IMG/VR virus record: IMGVR_UViG_3300017767_000004
Coordinates: 2,589-66,588 of that record
Source: a virus
DNA: 64,000 bases
Reading direction: 5' to 3' (one strand)
Positions within the stretch are counted from its first letter, which is position 1. Every line of letters starts with the position of its first letter. Position numbers and translations under genes: made by a program. Shown piece after piece: positions 46,860 to 56,217 of this stretch. The notes beneath the pieces are model-generated. The model made no database searches, had not been told where the DNA came from, and saw nothing but the letters and a program-made list of their open reading frames with translations.

Positions 46860-49175
46860 TTGGCTAAATACGGCGAAAATGAACATGGTTTGAACTCACC
46901 TGCTCCTGGCCGGCCTGTTGATCCGTTGGGAAATCCACTTCCGCTGAAAGGAATGGATAAATTGTATTATCCTCCAGGCTCATATGACAAATCTCCCTCG
47001 TCGTTCCCTTTGATGACTCAACAATCATCAAGGACAATGACCGACCCTCGACCAACAAAGGGATTTCAAATAATTTACGATAGGGGCGATAAATTGCTTG
47101 ACGGAGGGACTTATCCATCAGAAGCAATTGCACATCAATTGCTTTTTGCTATGGGCATCGAAAGCAATTCTTCTCGCATCGATCCAAAGAAAGCCATGAA
47201 AACTGCCGGCGGGAAAAGGATAATTCCTCCTGTAAAGATTCTGGAAAAAGAAATCGATGACGATAAATTTTGGCTTTCAGTAAAAAAGGACAAGAAAGGC
47301 AAATATTCATGGCAAATTTATGAAAATTCAAATGAATTCTACGATAGTATGGACTCTAAAATGCGTAGTCATGTCAAAAGTATGGACTATACACACATAA
47401 TACCCGATGATTTTACTGAATTTGCCTATTCAGCAGACAAAATAAGTGGAGGTAGGATACGTAAACCTGTTCGATTGCCAGGTTTAGATGGCCTATGGGT
47501 GAATGTTGGAGGCAGTAGTGGCGGAGGAAGAGGAACATTTCAAAAGAACATGGTTCAAGTAATACCAAAAGAAGAGTTCAAGGGAAAAATCAAGCCAAAG
47601 CAAACCTCATATGGGGATTGGGGCTATTATGGAACTCCAGTATCTTTTGGCGGGAAAAATTATGTTCTTGGTTCTGATTTGATTGTTGATGATACAGACG
47701 TTATCAAAAATGGCGATGATAGCGAATCAAAGCAGAAGTTCTATGAATCAATACCTGGGTTTTCTGACTTTGCACCCACATCAGAGGGCATTTACCAATT
47801 TGCGGAGGTAAATGGCAAACAAAATCAATCGCGCCCCACTGAAGCTTCTGTAATCAAAAGGATGCAGTATGACGGGAAGGAAACCAATGATGCTGCATAC
47901 CACATCAATCCTATGTTTAGAACTTCAGAATATTTTACGCACCCTGATTTCTTTTCTGACAAAGCAAAGCGAAATACAACCCCTACAATACTTCGAAATA
48001 AGAATCAAGATGGAGAAACCCGTTGGTTTTGGGGCGATGGAAACGGCAGGGGTGCAGATTTCGATGGTTTGGTTGAAACATTGGCAGAAGACGGTTTAGA
48101 TCTAAAGTCATTATTCGACAATGGTATTTCGATAATCTATGACGGTGATGTTCCTACGAATACTGTTCTTGAATTTGGGAGTGCGATGGGGGACGTAGTT
48201 CATCCTTCGGCTTTGGGCGTGCCTCTTGGTGCATTGAGTCGTGTAAATAAAGTCTTGAAAACAGACTCAGTTGATGATGAAATGTTAGGAGATACTTCGG
48301 GCCTTAGCGATGTTGGAGTTAGAAACAAAAAGTCGGCAATCGCAAAAAAGAATTTTAAGGAGAATTTTGTAAACGCACAAATGACTGATGATAACAGAGT
48401 TTACGCTTATTCTGCACACACACCTGGCCTCTCGGACCCACCACAATTCATAGACAATCCAGATGATCCAGAACTCGCTTCATGGGGGCTGCACGCTTAC
48501 GAGGAAATATCGCCAAAGATGCTTGATTTAGTGTATAAGACACGATTCGATGCGCGAATACCAGGCTCATCAGTAGTCAGCGCCCACGACAAAAATTCGG
48601 GATATACCCATGAATCCGGTTCAACTACAAGTGCAAATCATCGTGAATTGTTTTCATTGACTGGTTTTACATCGATTAAGCCAATTGATTACCTGCCTTC
48701 TAATATCGTGGCTCAAAGAAGCCATTGGTATGAGGGTAAAGACCGAATGTACCCCAGTGGAGAAGTAAAGATTCAAACTGTTGGTGATAAATCAGTGTTT
48801 AACGAGCTTGATTTGGATAATTGGATGAAAACTGCTGATTTGAAAGGATGGAATATTTGGAAAAGAAGCCCTCAATATCGTTCTGATTTGAGGGATAGTT
48901 TGATTTCAAGGGATTCCTTCAAGATTGGAATTGGTCTGGATAGACTTTGGGCGAACGAAGGAAAAATACAGTATCGTAGGAATATAGGCGATACGACATA
49001 TATTTCAAGGAAAATGCCTGTTGTATTCAAACGTCAACAAGCGGCAAGGCTGATTGCCGATTTCCAAAGAGCCCAAGGCATCCCTACAAGAACGATTAAG
49101 GTTGCAAAGGGCTACGTCAATTTGTCCCGAAAGGGGATACCTGCTAAGTTCTATATGCGGAGGGTTCAAACTTGA
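46860..49175 (+). CDS. Large hypothetical protein with C-terminal shared module
   Basis: RRNIGDTTY...AARLIADFQRAQGIPTRTIKVAKGYVNL; TTG start after GAGGTGA. Confidence 0.8.
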   Translation: MAKYGENEHGLNSPAPGRPVDPLGNPLPLKGMDKLYYPPGSYDKSPSSFPLMTQQSSRTMTDPRPTKGFQIIYDRGDKLLDGGTYPSEAIAHQLLFAMGIESNSSRIDPKKAMKTAGGKRIIPPVKILEKEIDDDKFWLSVKKDKKGKYSWQIYENSNEFYDSMDSKMRSHVKSMDYTHIIPDDFTEFAYSADKISGGRIRKPVRLPGLDGLWVNVGGSSGGGRGTFQKNMVQVIPKEEFKGKIKPKQTSYGDWGYYGTPVSFGGKNYVLGSDLIVDDTDVIKNGDDSESKQKFYESIPGFSDFAPTSEGIYQFAEVNGKQNQSRPTEASVIKRMQYDGKETNDAAYHINPMFRTSEYFTHPDFFSDKAKRNTTPTILRNKNQDGETRWFWGDGNGRGADFDGLVETLAEDGLDLKSLFDNGISIIYDGDVPTNTVLEFGSAMGDVVHPSALGVPLGALSRVNKVLKTDSVDDEMLGDTSGLSDVGVRNKKSAIAKKNFKENFVNAQMTDDNRVYAYSAHTPGLSDPPQFIDNPDDPELASWGLHAYEEISPKMLDLVYKTRFDARIPGSSVVSAHDKNSGYTHESGSTTSANHRELFSLTGFTSIKPIDYLPSNIVAQRSHWYEGKDRMYPSGEVKIQTVGDKSVFNELDLDNWMKTADLKGWNIWKRSPQYRSDLRDSLISRDSFKIGIGLDRLWANEGKIQYRRNIGDTTYISRKMPVVFKRQQAARLIADFQRAQGIPTRTIKVAKGYVNLSRKGIPAKFYMRRVQT

Positions 49176-49819
49176 GTAATGAAAAAATTGTGAAATATTT
49201 GAAGGGCAGAGGGCCACTTAACGTCGATGATCCAATCGAAAGGTTGGAGGTCTTAGGTAAGATTGGAAGTCTGCGAAATGTTAAGCGTGAAAATGTCAAT
49301 GTAGCCTTGCGAATCTGGTCTCAGCAAAAAAAGGATAAGGTGATAAACACCGAAAATGAGCAAATGGAGTTTGCTACACTGATCACCAGGCAACAGTTTA
49401 GAGATAATTACGATAGCCAGAGAACTCCCTTTGCTCGTAGCATAACTGCAACGAAAAATCACATGAGGAAAAGGAATTGGACTTTTGAACCATCTTCGGG
49501 GTCAGGTGTAAGAAAATTCGATAATTGGCGAGGTTATCTCTACGCAGATGTAAAATCAAAAAGAAACGCAAATAAGGTAGCAAACCTGCTTAGAAAGGGA
49601 GGCGCTGGCCGAGTTAGAGTTGTTCCTTATCAAGCAAAAGGGCGAACTTACTTTTCGGTTTATTCGCAATCGGCTAACACGGATATAGTAAACCGTAAAT
49701 CGTTGAAAAACGCGAAACGCTTTGGTGATGCCGGAACTAAAACGGCTCTTTCGAAGAGAAAATTCTCAACTACTTGGCGTAATGTAAACAAAATGGGAAT
49801 TAAGAAAAGAAGGAGATGA
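49172..49819 (+). CDS. Basic protein with shared module
   Basis: RKFDNWRGY...NANKVANLLRKGGAGRVRVVPYQ...FSVY. Confidence 0.75.
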   Translation: MSNEKIVKYLKGRGPLNVDDPIERLEVLGKIGSLRNVKRENVNVALRIWSQQKKDKVINTENEQMEFATLITRQQFRDNYDSQRTPFARSITATKNHMRKRNWTFEPSSGSGVRKFDNWRGYLYADVKSKRNANKVANLLRKGGAGRVRVVPYQAKGRTYFSVYSQSANTDIVNRKSLKNAKRFGDAGTKTALSKRKFSTTWRNVNKMGIKKRRR

Positions 49820-49824
49820 TTTAA

Positions 49825-52389
49825 TTGGATAATTTCTCTATACTCAACTCTTTGACTCCAAGAGAGGTTTACGAAGTTGCCAGAGAAGAGAATGTCAAAA
49901 TGAGCAATTTAGAATTACCTAAAGGTAGGTTAATTCCAAAGAAGTCTGCTCTAATTAAGGCCATAAATGAAAAAAGAGGATATGATCCAAACCATTTCTT
50001 GACTGAAGAATTCAATGCTAAAATTTTTGCTCGATTGGTAAATTACAGCGCAATAACAAATGAATATGATGAAATCAACAAGTATTCTAAAAGTCTTAGT
50101 CGCAGAATCAAGAGGACAAAAAACGATACTGATGGTTTGTCGGTTTATAGAGAAGGAGTACGATTTTTACGAGGCTTTCAAGAGGCTTTAGGATTCAAAT
50201 ATGCTCCCGATGAATGGTCTTACCCTAAATTGGACAAGAAGGGGAATAAGACTTATCGAACTGGCTACAAACCTGGCATAATTTTCCCTCACAACCGAGG
50301 CTATTCAGTTGCATTCCCAAAGATGGCGAAGAGGGCGACAATAAAAGGTGCTCGAGAGGTATCACCAGAAGCAGCAGAAGCCATGACCATGTTGATTGAT
50401 AATCTCGATGAAGTGAACAGAGTCTTAGACGAAAAGAGGGCCAAGCAGAAAGACTACGCAGACCAACTCGACGATTGGCAAAGAAAAAGGGAAATCTCTC
50501 AAGCTCTTGAGAGAAAAAAACCCAAACAAATCTTTGAGAATGTAAGTGGCAATCCACTTAGATTCATGGGCAATAGCCGTGATTTCAGCAGGTATTCTGA
50601 TGATGCATTGCGTTATATCTATCAGGAGTCTGAGAAGTTGATTCAATCTGGAGATTCCGACGATATTGCTCATGCTAAACTAAAAGCAGAGATAATGAAA
50701 AGAAAGACTTTCAATCCAAGCGGGAAAGGCTGGAATGACAAATTACAAAAAAAATTATTACGCAAAAAAGGAGATGTGAAAATGGACAAAGACAAGAAAA
50801 CAAATTGGGCAAGGTCGCCAAGTGGCAGGCTACGCAATTTTAAGAGCATGAACAACAAGAAATTCGATGGCATTTATGCGCTTAGAAACGACTACAAGGA
50901 TGACAAAGAAGCGTATGATGCAGTGATGGCAGAAGCAAAGAAAAGATACACCTCGGCTGAAAGAATCGCTGAAACAGATTTGATTTTTGAGAGTAAAAGG
51001 GCTGCTTCTAAATCAAGGCAAACTGAGAATCGGTCAGACCTCAAAATTATGAAGGCAAAGCGATTTGACAAAACAAAGAGAAAGCAAGTGGATCAAGGGA
51101 GGGTAAATCCCGATGAATATGTGATTTCAGAGAAACTTGATGGATTTAGGGCGATTTGGGATGGAAAGGAATTCCGAAGCAAGAATGGAAATGTGTTTTT
51201 CGCGCCAGAGTCATTCAAATCCAGTATGCCGAAGGGCGTTATTCTTGACGGAGAGCTTTGGATGGGGCGCGAAAAATACAAAGAAGTTTCTCAAGTGCTT
51301 AGGCGTCAGAATTGGGATTCGAAAGAAGCGCAAGAAGAGGCTTGGGACAAATTCACATTCATGGTTTTCGATTCTCCATCGATGAATACAGAAAAAAAAT
51401 CAGATGGTTTTGAAGATTGGCGACGACAATTCGAAAAGAAATATATGACAAATGACCAAGGGGAGTTTGCAATTGACGAAAAGAATTGGAAATCATCCGT
51501 GGCTAAAGACGTAATGGTGGGAATCATAGGCGAGCCTGTTGATGACACATATGACGGAATGGTTTGGACTCCTGAAATTCAACAAATTCGTAGCAAAATA
51601 GCATTAGTTCCCCAAATTGATGTAACAGAAGTGAACATGCATACGACTCAAAAGGATTTAGATGCAATCCAGAGATACGCTAAGAAATTAGGGGTTCGAG
51701 ACTCTGAAGACTGGTATTGGGATGGGGAAACGCTAACCTTGTCCGATGAAGATACGAAGATCTCCAGGGCAGAATTGATAGAACAAGGAATTATTGAAAA
51801 TAAATTCAATAAGATGATTGATGATGTTTTGATTGAAATGACTGATTTAGAGTCTGAGGGTTTCATGCTTCGAAGAAAGGACTCTGCATTCGAACCTACA
51901 AATGAATCTGGTACAAGGCGTTCTAATTCAATTTTGAAGGTTAAACCAAGATTTACTGAAGAAGCTCTTGTTGTAGGTTATGAAGAAGGATTGGGTCGTA
52001 ATGAAAATAAAGTTGGCTCGCTATTGATGCAGGGCACATACAAGGGCGTCAAACGAAAATGGAAACTTGGTGCTGGTTTGGATGACAAAAACAGAGAGAA
52101 TCCACCGCCAAAGGGCAGCGTAATTGAGTATGCTTGGACTGGTCGAACCTCGACAGGATTGCCAAAAGAAGCATCTTTTTTGAGGGCGAGGCCAGACTTA
52201 GATCCTAAGTTATACGCACGTTCGTTGAGACGGATTAACGGAGAGCGTTTTACTGAGTTGGGAATATTGAAAGACAAAAAATACGCACGTAATTTAAGTT
52301 CCGTAATTCGAAATAATACACAAAGAAAGATAAGAATAATTCCAAAATCAGGAGGGTTTTCATTGTATGTTGGTCCAAGAAGAAAATGA
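49825..52389 (+). CDS. lig: ATP-dependent DNA ligase with ~425-aa N-terminal extension and C-terminal shared module
   Basis: Motifs I SEKLDGFRA, III ILDGELW, IIIa FMVFD, IV EGFMLR, V ILKVKP; OB fold EALVVGYEEGLG...GSLL...GAGL...IEY...G.P..ASFLRAR; tail RRINGERF...ARNLSSVIRNNTQRKIRIIPKSGGFSLYVGP. Confidence 0.93.
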   Translation: MDNFSILNSLTPREVYEVAREENVKMSNLELPKGRLIPKKSALIKAINEKRGYDPNHFLTEEFNAKIFARLVNYSAITNEYDEINKYSKSLSRRIKRTKNDTDGLSVYREGVRFLRGFQEALGFKYAPDEWSYPKLDKKGNKTYRTGYKPGIIFPHNRGYSVAFPKMAKRATIKGAREVSPEAAEAMTMLIDNLDEVNRVLDEKRAKQKDYADQLDDWQRKREISQALERKKPKQIFENVSGNPLRFMGNSRDFSRYSDDALRYIYQESEKLIQSGDSDDIAHAKLKAEIMKRKTFNPSGKGWNDKLQKKLLRKKGDVKMDKDKKTNWARSPSGRLRNFKSMNNKKFDGIYALRNDYKDDKEAYDAVMAEAKKRYTSAERIAETDLIFESKRAASKSRQTENRSDLKIMKAKRFDKTKRKQVDQGRVNPDEYVISEKLDGFRAIWDGKEFRSKNGNVFFAPESFKSSMPKGVILDGELWMGREKYKEVSQVLRRQNWDSKEAQEEAWDKFTFMVFDSPSMNTEKKSDGFEDWRRQFEKKYMTNDQGEFAIDEKNWKSSVAKDVMVGIIGEPVDDTYDGMVWTPEIQQIRSKIALVPQIDVTEVNMHTTQKDLDAIQRYAKKLGVRDSEDWYWDGETLTLSDEDTKISRAELIEQGIIENKFNKMIDDVLIEMTDLESEGFMLRRKDSAFEPTNESGTRRSNSILKVKPRFTEEALVVGYEEGLGRNENKVGSLLMQGTYKGVKRKWKLGAGLDDKNRENPPPKGSVIEYAWTGRTSTGLPKEASFLRARPDLDPKLYARSLRRINGERFTELGILKDKKYARNLSSVIRNNTQRKIRIIPKSGGFSLYVGPRRK

Positions 52390-52641
52390 AATTTGCCAAG
52401 TGAATTTTTGTAAATGTGCTGTTTACAAAAATGATGAAAATTTGAGATATGCTCGAATGTGCGAAGAACATTTTTACTTATGGAAAACATTCAATGTTGA
52501 TGAAAGTTAAATTCGATTTTTGCAAATCAAAATCGAAATAAAATTGATTTTCCAATTGGGAATTTGTTGATTGAGGGGTTTATTCCAATTGAAGAATGAA
52601 AATTGGAATGAAGCATTTAATCAACAAAAGTTCAATTGGAA
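52390..52641. other. AT-rich convergent intergenic region with inverted repeats and repeated CAATTG-core palindromes
   Basis: Perfect 11-bp IR ATTTTTGTAAA-N7-TTTACAAAAAT (52404-52432); 9-bp IR TTCGATTTT-N8-AAAATCGAA (52512-52537); TTCCAATTGG(AA)-like sites near 52550, 52583, 52599 and 52631. Confidence 0.6.
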
Positions 52642-52874
52642 ACAGTATTTTCAGAAAATGAATTTAGCAAATCCAACCATTCAGAATTGGGCCAAATCAC
52701 TATCCAATCCTGGAGGCACCGTGGAGAGCAAAACTGGTATTCCTCAATTTTCCTTGCGTTGTTGATCGAGCGAGTCTGGATTAGGATTGGGGCAGGATGA
52801 TTATTTGAAAAACAACTTGTGCAAGGTGGAGCAATTAAAGTCCCATCGATTTGTTTTTTGAAGCGAGATGCCAA
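52632..52874 (-). CDS. Small Zn-finger protein (TRASH/MYM-like CxxC...FCSxxC)
   Basis: TTG start 1 nt after the upstream stop; CTSC...FCSPRCL. Confidence 0.6.
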   Translation of the reverse strand: MASRFKKQIDGTLIAPPCTSCFSNNHPAPILIQTRSINNARKIEEYQFCSPRCLQDWIVIWPNSEWLDLLNSFSENTVSN

Positions 52875-52875
52875 T

Positions 52876-53430
52876 TCAAACAACTCCGTTGCTACCCTTA
52901 CCGTCTCGCAGGTCTTGCTTGTATTCTTGGTAGCAATCCATGCATAGTCCAGAAGGGTGTGGCATCGATATGTTTTGGCAATTATGGTCTTTGTATCCGA
53001 CGCAGGTTTTGTCGTCCTTTGGACACCCTGGGACGTGCATGATATACTCATCCTCTCCAGGAATAAAAACAGCGCCTCCACACCAAGAACAAGTTTGTTT
53101 GTTGCTTCTGTTGACCTGATTTTCAACCATAACCTTGTCGATTGTAATTGGTTTGGTTTCATTGAGATGTTCTTGTATCATTCGTTGCCAAGCAAGTTTA
53201 GATGGATCATCGGCATCCTCTTCAAAGCCATGAAGGAATTGTTTGAATTTCTTTACCGTTACGACGCCATCAGGTAATGTTCCTGAGTATGAACCGTCTT
53301 TGAAATGCTCGGTAATTGACTCTACACCGATTTTTTCTGGTATTGGTCTGTCCATGTGCATTACAAGGAACGTGCCAGCAATAGCGCCATCGTAGCCATA
53401 CGAAATCCACATTTGTATCACTACTCGCAT
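52876..53430 (-). CDS. Hypothetical protein with C-terminal Cys/His clusters
   Basis: CSWC...HVPGC...C...HNC...CMDC. Confidence 0.7.
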   Translation of the reverse strand: MRVVIQMWISYGYDGAIAGTFLVMHMDRPIPEKIGVESITEHFKDGSYSGTLPDGVVTVKKFKQFLHGFEEDADDPSKLAWQRMIQEHLNETKPITIDKVMVENQVNRSNKQTCSWCGGAVFIPGEDEYIMHVPGCPKDDKTCVGYKDHNCQNISMPHPSGLCMDCYQEYKQDLRDGKGSNGVV

Positions 53431-54173
53431 ATTTTGATTGCCTCGGTCATCATCAATTCATGTGTCTTAATGTGAGAATCCATGACTTCAGAAGCAGATG
53501 ATGTTTTGAGAGCTTCGGTAAATGCATTGTAAAGTGACCACATATCCCTGCCGTTAAACTCTTCTTGGGGTGGTCTTTTCCATGCATTAACGCCTCGAAG
53601 AAGTTGTCGTGGCTTGATAATGTCCCTGCCGTAAGCAAGTCCGAATACTTGCCAGGCTTCGTCGTCGGAGACTGAAATTTCCTCCATAATCGCTCTGTCC
53701 TTTTGGATTCGATTAAAGTGCGTTGGTGAAGATTGAATCGAATATGTGATGAGGCTCTGCATCTGTGCATGAAGGTCGCCTGTATGCTTTCTGGCAACCT
53801 TTACATCGCCAACAAATGCAAGGTTGTCGCAAACAAATACCTTTGCCCCGCTACAAAGGCCGACTGACAAACTTTGATCGTAAGAGTTTCTAAGGCCAAG
53901 GGATAGTCCCATGTCTGGCACTTCTTCATTTGCATATGTCAATACACCAAACAATCTATCGCCAATGTTGCCTCCAGATTTAGGGCTTACACCGTATGCT
54001 TCGGTTGTAAGAGAGTAATCATCAGGGAGAAGTTCAACTGCAGTTTCTTTTACCATAGTAATCAATTCTTGATGCGCCATCGGTGTGTAAGTTTGTGTTT
54101 TTGGCGGAGGCACGAACCTCGCTAATTCTTCAAATCCAACTGCTGCGCCTCCGGTATGTAAACATAGTTCCAT
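53421..54173 (-). CDS. DUF932 family protein
   Basis: MELCLHTGG...PMAHQELI...LGLRNSYDQSLSVGLCSGAKVFVCDNLAF...RKHTG; ATG 54173 preferred to TTG 54215. Confidence 0.85.
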   Translation of the reverse strand: MELCLHTGGAAVGFEELARFVPPPKTQTYTPMAHQELITMVKETAVELLPDDYSLTTEAYGVSPKSGGNIGDRLFGVLTYANEEVPDMGLSLGLRNSYDQSLSVGLCSGAKVFVCDNLAFVGDVKVARKHTGDLHAQMQSLITYSIQSSPTHFNRIQKDRAIMEEISVSDDEAWQVFGLAYGRDIIKPRQLLRGVNAWKRPPQEEFNGRDMWSLYNAFTEALKTSSASEVMDSHIKTHELMMTEAIKICE

Positions 54174-54317
54174 GTGTCTGCCCAAGAGGGTCTTACTTAT
54201 CAAATTATTCGCCAAGCTACTGTCGCAAAAAATAAAATTATTTTTAGGTGGCCTCCCTCTTAAAGAATCAAAAAGTATTCCAAAGGCTTTATGTTCTGTT
54301 GGCTATACCCAATAAAT

Positions 54318-54449
54318 ATGCAAACTATGCAAAGGCTAAGAGAAAGGGCTGCTTTGGAAAAGGCAAAGATGAATACGTTAGAATGGGTCGTTGTAAACTG
54401 GGAAACCAAAAAACAAATGCCCCAGGTGGAATGGAAGGTGGAATGGTAA
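54318..54449 (+). CDS. Small hypothetical protein (43 aa), not in the ORF track
   Basis: MQTMQRLRERAALEKAKMNTLEWVVVNWETKKQMPQVEWKVEW*; TAATG overlap with the next gene. Confidence 0.5.
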   Translation: MQTMQRLRERAALEKAKMNTLEWVVVNWETKKQMPQVEWKVEW

Positions 54450-54775
54450 TGAGTGGCAGTAATCCAATCCCAAAAGAAGGCCTGAGAACAATCGAAATGA
54501 AGATGCCTGATAATGCCATTATTGATGGCCCTAAAATGGAGAAATACACATACGAAGAGATGCGAACTTTTTTAGATTGTAAAATGATTGAAATTGTCAG
54601 GTTGCCAGACAATCCTATAATGAAGGATGCTTATTTGGTGGTCGATGAAGAGGGCAAAATGAAAAATACTGTCCACATCAACCCAACTGCGACCATGATT
54701 GCTCAAATCTGTGGATTGCAAGATGTGATCGTTGGAAGTGCAATTATCTGCCACATGGATTTGCTTTTTGATTGA
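54449..54775 (+). CDS. DUF3846 family protein
   Basis: YEEMRTFLDCKMIEIV...LVVDEEGK...INPTAT...DVIVGSAII. Confidence 0.75.
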   Translation: MSGSNPIPKEGLRTIEMKMPDNAIIDGPKMEKYTYEEMRTFLDCKMIEIVRLPDNPIMKDAYLVVDEEGKMKNTVHINPTATMIAQICGLQDVIVGSAIICHMDLLFD

Positions 54776-54784
54776 GGTGTTATT

Positions 54785-54913
54785 ATGCGTAAAATGACCT
54801 TAGAACAGTTTGAGCAGTTCTTAACCGACTATTGGGCTGACGGTATTACTGAAGAAGAGATTTCTATTTACTATGAAATGTACAAAATTGGCAGACAATC
54901 GGTACGGTGGTGA
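54785..54913 (+). CDS. Small hypothetical protein (42 aa), not in the ORF track
   Basis: SD GAGGT; MRKMTLEQFEQFLTDYWADGITEEEISIYYEMYKIGRQSVRW*. Confidence 0.6.
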   Translation: MRKMTLEQFEQFLTDYWADGITEEEISIYYEMYKIGRQSVRW

Positions 54914-54917
54914 CCCA

Positions 54918-55040
54918 GTGGAAGATTACGAGCCATTTGTGTGCGACGAGTGCGGAAGACAGGCAACACAGGCCGATGGGACCGGTTGGTGTGTTCATTG
55001 CGAAAGAGAATATCAAGGAGGGTTGAATTCATATGAATGA
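54918..55040 (+). CDS. Zn-ribbon micro-protein (40 aa), not in the ORF track
   Basis: GTG after GGTGGTGA; CDECG...WCVHC. Confidence 0.6.
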   Translation: MEDYEPFVCDECGRQATQADGTGWCVHCEREYQGGLNSYE

Positions 55041-55404
55041 AATGCATTACATTATTGACTCGGTTGGATTGATCCCCGAAGTAATTGGATTTGAAACCAA
55101 AGAGTTAGCCATGAAGTATTGGCATGATAGATTTGGTGAATTACAAGAAGATAACGATGGAAATAATCCCGATGATTCATTTGCCATTGGGTTTGCTAAC
55201 TGGCATGATACTGAGTTAAGACACGGTGTATTTGAATTATCAGAGGTTAAAGAACTGAAACTTACACATCGACAGACGGGACTTCGAAACCAAATGTCTG
55301 CAAATCTCGCATTGTTGTTAGACATACAACAATTTATTGAAAATCAGCCTAACGATCAACTACTTGGCAAGGCAATCCGTGAATTATGGAGGGTTCTCCC
55401 ATGA
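55033..55404 (+). CDS. Hypothetical protein
   Basis: SD GGAGGG; overlaps both neighbours. Confidence 0.7.
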   Translation: MNEMHYIIDSVGLIPEVIGFETKELAMKYWHDRFGELQEDNDGNNPDDSFAIGFANWHDTELRHGVFELSEVKELKLTHRQTGLRNQMSANLALLLDIQQFIENQPNDQLLGKAIRELWRVLP

Positions 55405-55865
55405 GTGCGCTTTCCGATGGTTCGAAGTGGACTGTTTTTCATCAATCGGATACAATCGATGATTCCGTGAAAAGGAGAATCGATAACTCAGCAAAGACCG
55501 ATGTTGAAGCTCTCTTGATGAGCGCCATTGAGTTTTATTGTAATTATAACAAAGTTGCGACTTTTGATTTCAATTCTCGAACTACGTTAAATCATCAAAT
55601 GTTGTGGAGATTGACAAATAATGTTGATGAGGTATGGTTAAAGGAATTTGAAGGCCAGCACGATAACTGGACGATGGACAAACATACTGAAGAGAATGCT
55701 TGCAGGTCGAGTATGGTTGGAGATATTTTCCAGGACAAAACAAATATGATTTGGTGGGTAATTCAGCCCATGGGATTCAAACGAATATTTTGGCTGGACA
55801 ATGAAGAAGAAAAATCAGGTTACAATGTTAGCCCTCAAAAACCAAGCGAGGATGAATTACAATGA
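55401..55865 (+). CDS. Hypothetical protein
   Basis: ATGA overlap; SD GGAGGG. Confidence 0.7.
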   Translation: MSALSDGSKWTVFHQSDTIDDSVKRRIDNSAKTDVEALLMSAIEFYCNYNKVATFDFNSRTTLNHQMLWRLTNNVDEVWLKEFEGQHDNWTMDKHTEENACRSSMVGDIFQDKTNMIWWVIQPMGFKRIFWLDNEEEKSGYNVSPQKPSEDELQ

Positions 55866-56107
55866 AGCCAGGTCGCCCATCTTCTGTAAATGAGGTTGAA
55901 TATCAAATATTACACTACTTGATACACGGAGAAAGAGCGAACCTCAAAGATTTAAGTGATTTATCTGCCAGAATGCACGCATCCGTAAAAGAATCTGGAG
56001 AGCCTTTTGATCCTGTGGCTTACAAGAGATTTCAAAAGGGCGTTAGCAATGTTGAAGGACAGTTGACGCGTCTCTTAGAGCAAAGAGAGAGGAAGTTGAA
56101 AGAATGA
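55862..56107 (+). CDS. Hypothetical helical protein
   Basis: ATGA overlap; operon context. Confidence 0.65.
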   Translation: MKPGRPSSVNEVEYQILHYLIHGERANLKDLSDLSARMHASVKESGEPFDPVAYKRFQKGVSNVEGQLTRLLEQRERKLKE

Positions 56108-56217
56108 ATGTTTACGTTTGCTTGAATTGTGGCTCTGCCTTGGAGTACTCACCGCTTGTTGTAAAATGCCCATCCTGTGATTGGATCGAATTAGGAAAAG
56201 GTGATTTGGATGGATAA
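56104..56217 (+). CDS. Zn-ribbon micro-protein resembling archaeal RNA polymerase subunit Rpo12/P, not in the ORF track
   Basis: MNVYVCLNCGSALEYSPLVVKCPSCDWIELGKGDLDG*; ATGA overlap. Confidence 0.6.
   Translation: MNVYVCLNCGSALEYSPLVVKCPSCDWIELGKGDLDG

Noticed and set aside
16610-52389. Calling the shared module a true peptidoglycan-binding SPOR domain
   Set aside because: It covers only part of the SPOR fold, is strongly basic, is inferred to be cytoplasmic, and the host appears archaeal; kept only as a fold resemblance.
52571-52765. 64-aa + strand ORF in the convergence region
   Set aside because: Overlaps the better-supported minus-strand Zn-finger gene and the palindromic sites; no convincing SD.
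54248-54448. Long N-terminal extension of the DUF3846 ORF and the 12-bp tandem repeat at ~54424-54446
   Set aside because: Better explained by a separate 43-aa ORF (54318-54449) ending in VEWKVEW and overlapping an ATG at 54449.
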